The position numbers and the translations under genes are program-made. Source: Eledone cirrhosa (Eukaryota). Taken from it: DNA of 64,000 nt. Under the pieces are notes generated by a model. The model saw only the letters and a list, made by a program, of their open reading frames with translations. It ran no database searches and had not been told where the DNA came from. Position 1 is the stretch's first letter, and each line of letters starts with the position of its first letter. Location: assembly GCA_964016885.1 (NCBI GenBank), contig OZ024740.1:314650001-314714000 (forward strand), read 5' to 3'. This document shows positions 37,818-50,657 of this stretch, in pieces.

Positions 37818-40800
37818 TATGTGTGTGTGTGTGTGTGTGTATAGTTTCTGAAATATACTGTTATGTGTGATACTTGTTTTTCTTCAGTTCATTCTATCAG
37901 TCATTTCTACACATTTGTTGCCATGTTTATCAGCAGCTGATATAAAAGAGAGTTATATACAAGTATTCATCTCTCAGTCTATCTATTGTATAGCAATAAC
38001 ATAAGAACTAGGGCAGATAACTTAAATCATTTCTCCATTCAGTTTCATTGACATCGGTTTTTCCTTTTTTCCCTTTTAATGTTGTTCTGTATTGAAAAAT
38101 AATATCTTAACAGGCTTGATGAGAAGAATAAAGTAGATTAAAAAAAAAACATTCTTGTAAGTCACAGGTGGTGAATAATTAAAACCAGATGAAACAAGAT
38201 GAGGAACTAGGAAAATCTATATCAAAATGTATGGGTTTCCTAGACACTTTACTATCATATATGTTGTTTTTGTTTAACCCCAGGTCAGCCTTGACTAAGT
38301 TGGCATATCATTGGAAAGCCTGTCTAGTTGTAACTATTCTTTCATGTCATTAACTTTGAACATATTTACTGTCTCTGTTGCGTCTTTTTGCACCTGCTTG
38401 TACCACAAGTGCAGGAGGAAAGACTTATTTCGAAGACAACCTTTTTAAGCCTCCTTCTTTGCTGAGATAGCATTTTGACCACTTGATTGAACCAAGAGTG
38501 TCTTCCTTCCAAACAGTTTTCACCCATGCAATTAACTCCAAAACACAATAGAACCCTCTGTGTTCATGGAACGTGAAGTCGCCTGTGAGACGTGGGACAG
38601 GCTGGGACTTAGCCCAGTAGATGTCCCTCCTCCTCCTCCCCCTGCTGACGTCAAGTCCCCCCCAAGGCGTATGGGATACCATCCAGTGCAGCCTGGCCTT
38701 AGACAGGCTCACGCATCCGCCAGGGCTGTGGGGAGGCCAGCATGTGGGACCCCATTTGCTCACCATATGGATTAAAAGGCAAAGTTATAAACTAATGTAA
38801 ATAAACCTATTTAATACATTACTATTTAGATATATAATAGATTCACATCGCAGTACTGGATAATATATTTTGAAAACTATTGTAAAGAATGCAATGCTTT
38901 ATTTCTAAATAAATAACTGTTGCAAGAAAGGCATTCCTGTTACCAATCTCTGTTGGAGATAACCCAAAACTATGCAAAGATGAACTGACTGTTAAGATGG
39001 GTTGGTTGTGTTTTGATATTGATTATCAAATATGATTGTTGTTATCTTTGTATTACTTCTCAGACAAATTGTATGTGCTGGTGATGGCTATTGTTAATAT
39101 GTGTGTGTCTGTGTTAGATTTTTGATTATTTTTGTGTGTATATTTGTGTTTTTATATGAATCCTTGTGCGTTTGTGTTTATGTATATGCATCTATATGTA
39201 TGCATGTGTTGAAATTATGTACAACATGATTATTCTGTATGTAAAGGAAATTTGGAGTTAAACCCCTAAGCTAATGGGTACATAATGATTACTCTGAATA
39301 CTGAAGTTTCAGTTTTTGTTTAATGTTACATTCTCTGTTGTGAAGTTCTAAATAATTTGTGGAGCTCTGATGTTCACAAAGTCATGTAATCACTGTACTC
39401 TCTGTGGAGGGTGATGGTACAGGCACGGAAACTGTAGCTTGGGTATTTTATGTTATCTAAGTTCTAATCCCAACAGTTAGTCCTATAAGTAAGGGTTGTA
39501 ATCATAGGCTTTCCTTGTCCTCACCAACTGACAGAATAGGAGTGGTTAGGAAGTTCAATGTGGTTGAAGCTTAGTCTGAACTTTCTGAAGGTTATGAGAA
39601 AAAATTAGGCAGTAAAGAAGCTCCTGAGAGATGCAGTTCTTGAGATGGGTGGGGTGGGGGTGGGGGGATAAATGGAAATACTTAATGCAAAATCATGAAA
39701 GTCAGACAAAGTAAAGATGAAAGGAGAAGTAGGGTTCAGTGACATGAGTGGTTTAATCCTTTCATCACAATATTTTAAATGAAAGATACTGCCCATGTTT
39801 TTCAAATAATTTTTTAAATAATCCAGAATCTGGAGGGAGTTAGTAATGTACCTAACTTAAGCTGGTATTTATAGCATAACTTAAAGTTTTTTTGATAAAT
39901 AACAAACAATGTTGCATTATAAAACCAGAGGTGGTTTTGGGTGGGCTGGTATCAAAAAGGTTAAGTGGAGGTATAATCCAATCCAATCCAGGGCCTTCTT
40001 ACTTCTGTTGGAGGAACCTCTCTCTGATTGATCTCAACCACTTTCTGTTTGGTTTTGGTCATGTCAGGAGTGTAGCTGTACTCACTACACTTTATCAATT
40101 GTGGGTTGGTGAGGTTATTTAATCCATTGTTGGGGTGGACACTTGTTGACTCAGAGGAGTTCATCTGTCCTTTTAACAGCTCTCGATTGTTTTTGTAAAT
40201 ACAAAGTGAAAATGGAGGTATAATAGAAATAAAAATACCCAGCAGAGACCTTTATAGTAACAAGGAAAAATATCTTGGTCATGAGTAAGTGACTTAAAAG
40301 TGTTAATTAACATTCGTAGGCAATGTGTGTGCCTATGGTGCTGTGATTAGATTTTCTTGAAATCTGTATGTCTGCTGAAAAGATTTGAGGTTTCAGTGCT
40401 GCAGGACCCTGAAGAATAGGGTGGTGTCATCTGCTAGGAATGATTACTATTTTTGTTTTTCATTTCTTCTAGAAAATTAAATAACTAAAACCCTATAACT
40501 TGTGGTGAATGTGAGGTTTTACTATCTTTTGGAGTATTTATTTTCAAAGAGTAAGCTAGCTTCCTCTTGAAGGGCCAGAAACTATGTCAGCTTTAATCAG
40601 TTGCTGACCCTTTACAAAGAGAAAGTGTATCTCACATTGGAGCATTGTTCACCAATCTAGAGCAATACAGCTGCAATTACTGTAGTTACTTCTTGGGTAT
40701 AATATATCTAGGACTGTATTATCCACTGTATTCATTTATAAAAAAAATGGTAGCATATGATTTGAGTGAGATTTAGCTACTATTTCGAGCAGAGGAAGCT

Positions 40801-40980
40801 CATGGAGAAAATGGGTTATCTTTGATCCTAAATATCATAGACAACAAAGTATATTTTACTTGAGTGTCAGATTCTCTCTTATAGTTAACCTTTTGTCCAA
40901 GTGTCATAATGTGTCAATTTTTTTTTTATCTCCTTAAGCATCACAATAAAAACTTCTGCTCTATAAAACTAACCAATATA

Positions 40981-41056
40981 CAGGGTGTCCCAAAAGTGAC
41001 AAGACAATTTCAAATTATAATATATATAAATTAGTCTAGTGACTTATGGGACACTG
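40981..41056. mobile_element. Tiny Tc1/mariner-type MITE
   Basis: TA|CAGGGTGTCCCAAAAGTGAC ... GTGACTTATGGGACACTG|TA. Confidence 0.65.
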
Positions 41057-41572
41057 TATACTTGCAATATTATCAAAACCAACTTCCTACACACACACTC
41101 TCCTATCTTTCTCTCTTAACATAACCCTAAACAATATAACTATTATGTTGAAACCTACAACATCCACAATTTCTCACTAGTGAATTTCCATAAAATCTTA
41201 AGTTTATAATTCTCATATGAAACACTTCCCACCTTCCTAACAAACCCTTTCATAGCAGGAAGGGCTTTTCTATATTCTGGGCAGAGTTTTTATTTCTCTC
41301 TAGGTTAGCATAAGAAAACAACTATATATATTTGGTGATAATCTTAGTGTATAGAATAAATCTTGAGAACCAGTTGGTAAAGAAAACAAATTTAAACAAC
41401 AGGGATAGTGTGTAGCTTAGGGAAAACAAAAGAATGCCATGTAGAGAAGATAATTTTGTTTATTTTAACTGTGTCTGATTATTGATGTAATATGGGAAAA
41501 TATTTGTACTAACTTATGTATGTATTGTAGTATAGTAATTGTATGAATGTTTATACACACACACACATGCCT

Positions 41573-41573
<1 letters not shown>

Positions 41574-41647
<74 letters not shown>

Positions 41648-41690
41648 TTATATGTATATGTATATATATGTATGTATATGTATATATATA

Positions 41691-41723
<33 letters not shown>

Positions 41724-41741
41724 TTGTATGTGTGTGTGTAT

Positions 41742-41820
<79 letters not shown>

Positions 41821-41826
41821 GAGAGA
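41574..41826. repeat. Compound (TA)n/(TG)n/(GA)n microsatellite
   Basis: Read directly from sequence; source of the YIYI ORFs. Confidence 0.95.
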
Positions 41827-42105
41827 TGGTGACAAAGTAAAAAGTAAATGGTCAAAAAAGTTTAAAAAGCTTTTTCAGTGCAAGCCAATGTGAGAAACTA
41901 TCAATCTACTAAGAAGTGGCTTTGTTTTTCTACAATATCTGATAAACAAAGAATGAGAAAGTAATTCTTTAAACAAATACTAAGATAAGGAACATTCACA
42001 GACAAATTGGAACAAGTCTATAAAGAGAAAAAAAAAACACACACCAAAAAAACAAAAAAACAACAACAACAAAAAAAGGAAAGAAGATGGGATTAAAAGG
42101 CTTAA

Positions 42106-42326
42106 CCCTTTAGCATTCAAACCGGCCATATCCGGCCACAATTCTCTCGCCTCTTTTTGTTCAAACTGGCTGTAACTGGCCACTCATACTGATGTTAAGG
42201 TATTTTCCTTGAAATAAATGATATCAAAATCTCATAGATTTGATATTATGTGAGATAATTATGTGAGATAAAGCCTTTACTGTGAAAATACAATAATAAA
42301 TCTAGATTAATGTAAATGCTAAAGGG
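42106..42326. mobile_element. piggyBac-like MITE (best-preserved copy)
   Basis: TTAA|CCCTTTAGCATT ... AATGCTAAAGGG|TTAA: perfect 12-bp terminal inverted repeats and TTAA target duplication. Confidence 0.88.
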
Positions 42327-42332
42327 TTAAAC

Positions 42333-42470
42333 ATAGCAATAGAGACTTCTAGTGTTCTTGGCCCCAGGGCCACCTCTCTACTTACCATCATCGGCATGGA
42401 GTTGGCTACCCGCAGGTATGAGCCTCGTGAACTTGAATGGCCCTTCCAATGCGTCTCCCTCATCATCCTC
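42333..42470 (+). mobile_element. CRE-like (restriction-like endonuclease LINE) C-terminal remnant
   Basis: IAIETSSVLGPRATSLLTIIGMELATRRYEPRELEWPFQCVSL resembles the IAVET.G..GP....L..IG......DPR...L.QR.S terminus of such elements. Confidence 0.55.
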
Positions 42471-42789
42471 TGGATGGAGAGAGCGAGAGAGACGGAGGCA
42501 GTGTGTAAAAGAGAGAGAACATCAAAACACACACACACAATTACTAGTTTATCATTCTTTCTCTCAATATCACAGATTACCAGAGGAAAAACTTTGAGAC
42601 ATTTTTTTAGTATAAGATAAAATAAAGGAAAAGTATTTTTCAAGATTGAAACTTATTCAGATGGTAGCTTCATTAACAGATGTTTATTAAATACTAGACA
42701 GTTAACCTTAAGGACATCAAGAGCCAATATCTAAATGTATTGACAGGCTGTTGCATCTGCTGATGACATTATCCTGTAAATATATTTAA

Positions 42790-43448
42790 CTAGGAGTGGT
42801 ACCCGGCGTTGCACGGGATAAGGTATTTTGGAACTCGAGCCGCCAACAGACCTAATCGTGGAAAAAATGCATGCCTGGACAATATGTAAAGAAAATAAAC
42901 CGAATACTCTGATGGCTGGATAATCTTCAAGATTTTCCTCGATGAAGCAGGAAAAATGCAGGTTTTCACCTAATGCGGGCCCTAGGGGATCAAGAAAATG
43001 AATTTTTTTTATCTGCATAATATGCCTTGAAATTTCGGGAAAATCAGCTAGACGTAAACGCCTCAAAAAAGCCCTAAAAAGCTGAAAAACTTCATTTTTT
43101 CACCTAATGCAGGCCCTAGGCCATAAAAAGTTGGATTTTCTTTTCTCACGGTATGAAGAAGAGACTGACTAATACATAGTTACAATTTCAAAGAAATCGG
43201 TCTGACGTAACGCCTCAAAAAACCCCCAAAAAGCTGAAAAAAACGCAGGTTTTCACCTAATGCGGGCCCTAGGGGATCAAAAGGTTGAATTCTTTTATGT
43301 GCATAACACTCCCTGAAACATAAGTAATACACATGTAAAGTTTGAAAAAATCGGTTGGGTACTTCTCGAGTTTTAGGAATTCAAACTCACAGACATGCAC
43401 ACACACACACAGACAGACATCCTCAGTTTTATATATATAGATAATAGA
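42790..43448 (-). mobile_element. Non-autonomous Helitron
   Basis: Minus strand starts A|TC (43441 or 43448) followed by TATATATATAAAA and TGTCTGTC; 3' hairpin CCCGTGCAACGCCGGG then CTAG|T at 42790; three internal ~135-155-bp repeats containing TTTCACCTAATGC.GGCCCTAGG. Confidence 0.85.
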
Positions 43449-43494
43449 TTGCTTTCAATTTTGATGGGTTTCCTCGTTTTTGAAAGATATTTGA

Positions 43495-43740
43495 ATTGCA
43501 AGAATTGCTGGACAGATTTTACGGGCAAAACCAACAGGTATGAGAGCCAGGTGTAGACCCTGAGCAAGATGGTTGACCCTGAGCAAGATCCTTGAGCTTG
43601 GCTGGTCTCGTTTGGGGATCCAGCCAGATCAGTTGGAGTTGGTTGATTCTGACAGAACCTGCTGGAAGAAGTGTTTGAGGACTCTCCCCCCATGACCCTC
43701 TCAGGAATAAGTGGGTGAAGAAGAAGAAGGAAGAGGAGAA
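43495..43740 (+). mobile_element. RTE-type LINE 3' end (family C)
   Basis: Same sequence as 7835-8155, (GAA)n tail. Confidence 0.75.
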
Positions 43741-45787
43741 GTTGTTCTTGAAACTTTTGAATGGTCATCCCAGATTTATGAGAAGTTGTAATGTTTTTGT
43801 TTTTCATTCAGGAATTAGGGGCATAAGTGAATGATTTCTAACTGTTGACCAAAATTAGTTTGTGGACTGTTAACTGAGAACTTATCAAGACATCAAATAA
43901 AGTTCTCTCCACCTAGCTTCACAATTGTGAGTCCAACCTTCAAGTTGGACATTGTCAAGAAACAATATACCCTATTAGTATTATTTCATGCTTTTTATCA
44001 AGAAGCTTATGTATCCTGTGCCATAATTAAGAGCCCAGTCATTATCCAATTATACAAATAAGATAAGTAAAATTAGGGATTTTCAATGTGACCCACAAGC
44101 TAATGTTGATACAGTAAAATAACCATAACAAAACTAAGCTTAAGTTTAGCAGCTGAAGTTTCTTATAGCTACTCCATTCAGTTGATGAGGGTCACTTCAT
44201 TAACTGAAAAGATTTAATGTAGTAAACATATCCTACTGAACCAGTATTGCTATAGACTTGTATTTATTTAGCAAAGTTTGCACCCCCTTGCCTCATAGTT
44301 TCTAAGATTAAGTTATTCACAAATGCATATCACCAAACCCACCCGTACTTATTATTCATGAATGCATATAACCAAATCCGCCCTTATTTATTATTTGATT
44401 ACATTAATTTAACATTAGCATTAGAATTTTAATCATTTTTTTTAAATGTTAATGATTATAATATAATTATTTTATCAGGCACAAACTTTTGCAAATATGA
44501 AGCATATTTTTTGAGATGGATATTTTTTAAAAATTACAAACAATTATTAAAGCTAAAACCTTTTTAGATCCAAGCCAATAGAAACAAGTAAATATTGTCT
44601 AAATTATTACAAAGTAATGATTTCTTACTGAAGCATATCATTTTATCAGAGATTGGGATTTTATCAAATATACACTAAAGCTGACACATTATTTTACTGT
44701 TAGGAAGACTGAAATAAGCAAATTCATTGCGCATCATCATCATTATTTAACGTCCATTTTCCATACTAGCATGGATTAGATGAGTTGTTCTGTTAAGAGA
44801 TAGGGCCAGGCCAGGTGACCATGTTTTGCTTATACAGAACTGATTTTGGTTTGGTTTCTACAGTTGGATGACCTTCCTAATGCCAACCACATTTGCAGTG
44901 TGTACTGGGTGCTTTTTGTCGTGACACCTACACAACTACTTTACAGTGTGGGCTGGGTGCTTTTTGTCAACATATCTTTCTTAATTCTTAATGTCCTGTT
45001 CTGCACGAAATCGCATTATCAAAAACATTCTATTAAAAAGGTATATAAAAGTATTATGGCTGCATCACATTAAACATTAAATCTTTACTCTAATATTACA
45101 AATTGCACTAGTAAAGATACTATAAACACTTTAACTAACAAAACTACTTTTATATATTTTCTGCTAAATCATTACAAAATGTGAAGAGTTATGTACAAGG
45201 CCATTTTATTCAAGAGATCAGGTGTAATTATTGTTTATTTTTTTAATTATCTATTTAGAAAAAAATGGGACAGCACCCATGTTGTTTGCTGATCCTTCAG
45301 GACTATTATAGTTAATGCATTTGGTGTTTGAATTTTTGTAGATGAATATTTCCAAGAAAAACATGGGTAGAGAGGGAATTTCAGGAGGATTTAGCAAAAT
45401 ATTTGGTGCATAGTTTGGGGAGAGATGCAGCAGGGATACAAAAGAAGAAAAAGTAGGCTTAGACTTAGGTAGTTGATAGTTTGTTAAATTAGAATGGCAA
45501 GAGTCATTATTGTAGTGGTTAAAAAACAAACATTGTGTCTCTGTGTTAGCTGTTATAGTCTGTTGGCAAATATATGTAAACTCATGCAAGCGTGGAAGAT
45601 GGACGTTAAACAATGATGATGATGTCTTTCAGTTAGTTAGATGATATCAATCTGCCCCAACTGCCTCTGTTTTTACAAAACAAAAAACATCCATTTTAAA
45701 GAGTTCCTATATAAATTAAGATCTTCCAACAATTTTATATAAGAATTTTTTGTTAAGTTATATTACAAATAGCATCTTGATAATGAA

Positions 45788-46128
45788 ATCATCATTTCAT
45801 TTCATTTTACGTCCGCTTTTTCCCTGCTTGCAAGGGTGGGACGGGAACTGATTTTGGCTTGATTTCTACAGCTGGATGCCCTTCCTAACACCAACCTCAT
45901 TTACAGTGAGTGCTGGGTGCTTTTTTGCCGTGGCACCTCCACGACCACTTTACAGTGGAATCATAGGGACCCCAGTCCCTATCATCTCATTTCTACAGCT
46001 GAGTAAACTGGAGCAATGTGAAATAAAGTGTCTTGCTCAAGGAAACAACACATCACCCGGTCTGAGAATTGAACTCACAACCTTTCGATTGCAAGGCCAA
46101 TGCTCTAACCACTAAGCCATGTGCTTCC
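45788..46128 (-). mobile_element. Full-length composite SINE (sister copy of 25534-25876)
   Basis: Near-identical over ~340 bp. Confidence 0.88.
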
Positions 46129-46987
46129 ATAAATAATTAATGATTTTAGTAAAATCCTCCAAATGTTTTGTTAATCAACTGGAATACAGTGTGTGTTGGT
46201 GATGAGTAGAAAAGATATAGTGTTGTGAGATTGTTATCTTGATATATGTCATGATTGCACATTGACATTGTTGGAGGAAACTAGGTTGTCAAGTCTCCAT
46301 TGGAATGCAAGTCAGGCATGAACTTTCTAGAATGCATGTTGGGGATGCCTGATTGGAGAGGGTTATGGTGAATTGAAATATGAGATTGTCTGCATATGAC
46401 TAAGTTGTTAGAAGTGATAGCAAGAAAGTCATTAATGTAGAGAATTTAGGAGATGTAACCAAATTATGGTGTGAGCTAGAAGGCTCTTAGATGGCATTTG
46501 GGTTGTCTGCCTTCCACCCTTACATATAGCTCCACCCTATTCAGAAGAGGAATAAGGTCCAGGATCTTTTCTAGGTTCTCTGGCTTGACCTGAGGCAGGA
46601 TTTCCAGGCTGATCCCAAATCAGTTCTCCCACCCAGTTTTCTGCACTTCGAAGAGCATATAAGCCTCCTCGAGGACAATGCAGGCCAAGAGCCACTTGAT
46701 TCAAACCTGGTGGGCACTTTATATCCTTAGCCTGACTGTCCTCCTTGAAAGTTGTGTAGGGACGAGGAAAAATATTCAATACAACAGGGGTACAATAGAC
46801 TATTGTTGCATGAGGGCTTCACTTTTGAAAATAACTTCTTTGCTAGCACACTACATTGCTCTCACTATGTGGTCCACATCTGACCAAATTTCTTTAAAAG
46901 ACTTTAGTCATATTATCATGATATTATGCTCAACCAAATTTGGAATGTAAACATATCAACTTTTGGATATATTTCTCTTTGTTTCAG

Positions 46988-47041
46988 GTATGAGAAAATG
47001 TCAATTGAATTAGCATTGAATCAAAAGAAGAAGTTTCACAA
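46988..47041 (+). CDS. TMX3: TMX3-like protein disulfide isomerase, internal exon (54 nt)
   Basis: TTTCAG|G TAT..CAC AA|GTAAGC; encodes YEKMSIELALNQKKKFH(N), phase 2/2; aligns by eye with human TMX3 LKSIIQEVARDYRDLFHR. Confidence 0.8.
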
Positions 47042-47182
47042 GTAAGCTATCTCATCTACCTTTTAAAAATGTAAATAGTTTGTTGAATGTATTCAATGTT
47101 TATATATGTGTATATATGTGCATCTGTATCTACAAAAGTTTTCTTTTGTTGCTATTTTTTTTTATACACACCTCTCCACATA

Positions 47183-48472
47183 CAGGGTGCGAACGATATT
47201 TGTCTAGGAAAAAATAACACTAGTTTTATTTTTTAAGATTTATTTATCAAACTTGGGTCAGTTTGTCTTCATGTCTTGTTCTTTCGATCTCACTCGATAA
47301 ACCCGCCATTCGCTTTGATGACGGCCTCAAGATGGCCTCGGAACCAGCTACAGGCCTCCGTCACTGTCCCCCGACTTAGGCCCCTAAAGGCACTTGTGAT
47401 CCTGGCCTTCAGATCGTCTTTCGTATTGCAGCTAGATCTGTTGGTGTGTCGTTCTACTGTGCCCCACACAAAGAAGTCGAGGGGGTTGCAGTCAGGCGAT
47501 CTGGGAGGCCAGATGTCAGGTGAAGTGTGGTCGATGAAGTTCTCTGACAGCCAGGCTTGGGTCTTTCGGCTGGTATGGCAGGGCGCTGAGTCTTGCTGCG
47601 ACACGTACGGCCTACCTGCAGCTACCTGGTCGATCCAGGGCTTTACTACCTTGCTCAGAACGCGGATGTAGCCATCGGTGTTCAGCTTGAGGCCCTCAGG
47701 GAAGAAGTGAGGTGGCATGACGTCACCTTGACTGCTGACGACACCTAAGACCAATGTTGTCGCTGGAAACTTTGTCTGCATGACTCTGGGCACGTCTTTG
47801 GATGAGACAGCGAGCCACCTGTTGTTCTGGGAGTTGATCTTCTGGTCTTGGCAGAAGTTTTTCTCGTCGGAGAAAAACCACAGCATGTCTGGCTCCAGTG
47901 GGTGTTTCAACTTGTTGATCAGCTTCTTTGCATGCTTCAGTCGCTTTTCTTGCATCGCCTTTGACAGAAATTGTCCTTTCCTCATCTTGTATGAAACCTA
48001 GCGAATGTCTTCATGTACCACCAGCCTAATGAGCTTTTCATCCACACCTTTCTCCCTTGCAATGGCACGCATCGACTTGCTAGGTTTATTGTTGATGACA
48101 TCATGAACTTCAGTGACAAAATCGGGCGTTCTGAAGGCGTCAGATCGTCGATCATGTGTTTTCCTCTCTGATGTTGCTTCATAGTTGAATCCTGAATCTT
48201 CCAATTCCTTTCTGACCTTTTCCACCATTCTCCTGCTGACGCTGAGAAAGTCTAAAATTTCCTTATTTGTCCTCTCGGCGCGGATTCCAAGAAGAACTCT
48301 GTGTCTCTTCCACAAATTTGGAGGTTCAAAATTATTCATAATCAATTATTCTGAAAATAAATAATGGAAATATAGTCACTGTTTTTATGAAGACAAGAGT
48401 GACAACAGAAGTAAAAAAAATTTGCATAAAATTAGCAGTTGAAAATTGCGAACAAATATTGTCCGCACCCTG
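47183..48472 (-). mobile_element. Tc1/mariner superfamily DD37D (maT-type) transposon, full length (~1290 bp)
   Basis: TA|CAGGGTGCGAACGATATTTGT ... ACAAATATTGTCCGCACCCTG|TA terminal inverted repeats and TA duplication; lies in a TMX3 intron. Confidence 0.93.
47290..48345 (-). pseudogene. DD37D transposase interrupted by one in-frame TAG
   Basis: HTH region 48345-48001, TAG at 48000-47998, same frame continues to 47290; FFSDEK / QQDSAP / SPDCNPLD with 37 residues between the 2nd and 3rd Asp. Confidence 0.9.
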
Positions 48473-48910
48473 TATATATTTATATATGTATATATATGTA
48501 TGATAAACTTCGGAAAATTAACAAAGCGTAGACAAGTCAATGAATGAAAACAATAAATTTTTTTAAGAGGAAATCTTAAAGAATTATTCTTAAAAATAAA
48601 AATAAAATGAAAGAAACAGAACTCCAGAGTCATTAGCCGTTGAGATGGACTTTGGCAGTTTTGACTCCTTCCAACGGTACTGTTGGTCCAACCAGGGTCA
48701 CAGTTTCTGACACAAGCCAAAATGCTGTCCAGTGGAGTAAGAGACAAGACACTAATTTATAGCAATTAAGTTATAACATGTATACATAAAATTTATGTGA
48801 TGTCAAGAAAAATATATTGTGATTTTTATAGCATGAGGGTCTTATGAAATAAAAAGAAGAGGAAGGAAGATATATGTGTATGCATGCATGCATGTGTGTT
48901 GTTTTGTGTG

Positions 48911-48953
<43 letters not shown>

Positions 48954-49090
48954 AATACTGAAAATATATTTTAATGATTGATTGACTAAATCTTTTCAGG
49001 ATGGTGCCCTAGCATACCCACAGTCTAATTACTGAAATCTGTAGAAGAGTAAAAATATTTTCTCTTTTTTTTTTTTTTTTTTTTTTCCAG

Positions 49091-49283
49091 TCAATTTCAG
49101 TTTGCTCATTTAAATGACTCTGAACCACTGAACAGTATTACGATGTCTACCATTGAAATGCCAACATTACTTGTCTATGATTCTGAGTCACAGTACTACT
49201 ATATGCCAGAGAAAGAGATCAAACATCTGACTCTTGCAGAGTATAGTCAATTTCTTATAGATGTTTCTGAAGGAAAAGTTACC
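49091..49283 (+). CDS. TMX3: TMX3-like protein, internal exon (193 nt)
   Basis: Long poly-T tract, CCAG|T CAA TTT CAG TTT..GTT ACC|GTAAGT; QFQFAHLNDSEPLNSITMSTIEMPTLLVYDSESQYYY..FLIDVSEGKVT resembles TMX3 DFQFGHMDGNDYINTLLMDELTVPTVVVLNTSNQQYF..FINNILDGTVE. Confidence 0.9.
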
Positions 49284-49796
49284 GTAAGTATTGTTGATGT
49301 TTTTTAATTTTCTGTTATTGCCATTATCTATTGGTATGGGTTGAAGGTTCTTACAATTAAACACACATGTTTGTAAATGATAGCTAGAAGTACATACCAA
49401 ACTTTTAACTTAAAAGTCACTTGTTTAACCCATTTGATATCAACCGCCTTTGGTTCTATGAACCAAAACTACCCATTTTAAAGGGTTCCTATTTAGATTA
49501 AAACCTTCCAATATAATTTTATATATAACTGATACAGTTAATCTTTGCCTCACTTCTAAACATGACATATTACCCTCTACAGTCATTAGATCTCCTGTCT
49601 ACTATATTATCACCATAATCTACACAACAATTGAAGCCACTTTTGGACATTGGTCTTTCATATTTGCTAAGAAGTTTCTAGGTTTGGATCAAAGCTATTT
49701 CAACTGAATAGCTATTGTAAAACAAGTACTTCTTCCATACTTGGATCAAATAATGTTGATATAAAATCTAAATCGTAATGTATGTTTCTCTTGTAG

Positions 49797-49865
49797 GCCC
49801 AAGGAGGTACAGGATTTACACAAAGACTAAAAAGAATCGGTTATGACATATGGTCAACAGTTTTG
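49797..49865 (+). CDS. TMX3: TMX3-like protein, internal exon (69 nt)
   Basis: TTGTAG|GCC..TTG|GTAAGT; AQGGTGFTQRLKRIGYDIWSTVL versus TMX3 AQGGDSILQRLKRIVFDAKSTIV. Confidence 0.92.
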
Positions 49866-50472
49866 GTAAGTGAATTTCTTTTCGATTTCCAAATCTTTTA
49901 AATCCAAAATGCTATTTCTTGTCTATTTACTGTCATATCTTTGGTTTGTTTATGTCTTTATCCTTTTTATTATAATAATGTCTAAGTTATATGAGAATTA
50001 GTTTAATTATATTACCTGAATATGATTTTTAGGGATATTGATCATATTAAAGAATTTAGTTTAAAAACATCAATGGGCATGGGGTTAGAATGTTCTCAGG
50101 AAAGAATCACTGGACAGATTTTACGGGCAAAACCAGCTGGCAGGAGACCGAAGGGTAGACCCTGAACAAGATGGTTGGATAATATCCATGAGCTTGGATG
50201 GTCTCATTTAGGGATCCAGCCAGATCAATTGGAAATGGTTGCTTCTGACAGGACCCGCTGGAAGGAGTGTTTGAGGACTCTGCACCCACGACCCTCTCAG
50301 GAAAAATGAGTAATAGTAGAAGTAGAGTAGTAGTAGTAGTAGTAGTATCATTAGTATTTGTAGTGGTTGTGGTAGTAGTAGTAGTAGTAGTAGTTGTATA
50401 GTGTATTAGAAAATATAATCTTAGGAATATAGAAATATATTTCTGTATTGATCTATTGTATAGTCTAATAAT

Positions 50473-50657
50473 TGTTTCTACTTTTGGCACAAGGCCAGCA
50501 ATTACCCAGTGCGTTATTGGTACTTTATTTTATCGACCCCATAAGGATGAAAGGCAAAGTTAACCTCGGTGGGATTTGAACTCAGAATGGCAAGGGCCGT
50601 AACTCTATGTGTCAACGCATGGTGTCCGACCCACTACCGATACTGCCAATCCACCGC
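50473..50657 (-). mobile_element. tRNA-derived SINE family A
   Basis: Complete head, core and tail; GTCTAATAAT repeated at 50463-72 and 50664-73 (likely target duplication). Confidence 0.88.

Noticed and set aside
38355-38775. GC-rich island with short ORFs and possible structure
   Set aside because: Probably the 3' end of another LINE; no diagnostic peptide or ribozyme fold could be established by eye
39064-39100. Possible upstream TMX3 exon (CAG|AC KLYVLVMAIVN AT|GTGTGT), phase-compatible and vaguely like KLVALAVI
   Set aside because: About 7 aa shorter than the expected segment, weak donor inside a TG repeat, poor similarity; even if real, the thioredoxin exons are still absent
41539-41855. 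Many YIYI/THTH/VCVC ORFs here and elsewhere
   Set aside because: Translations of dinucleotide microsatellites
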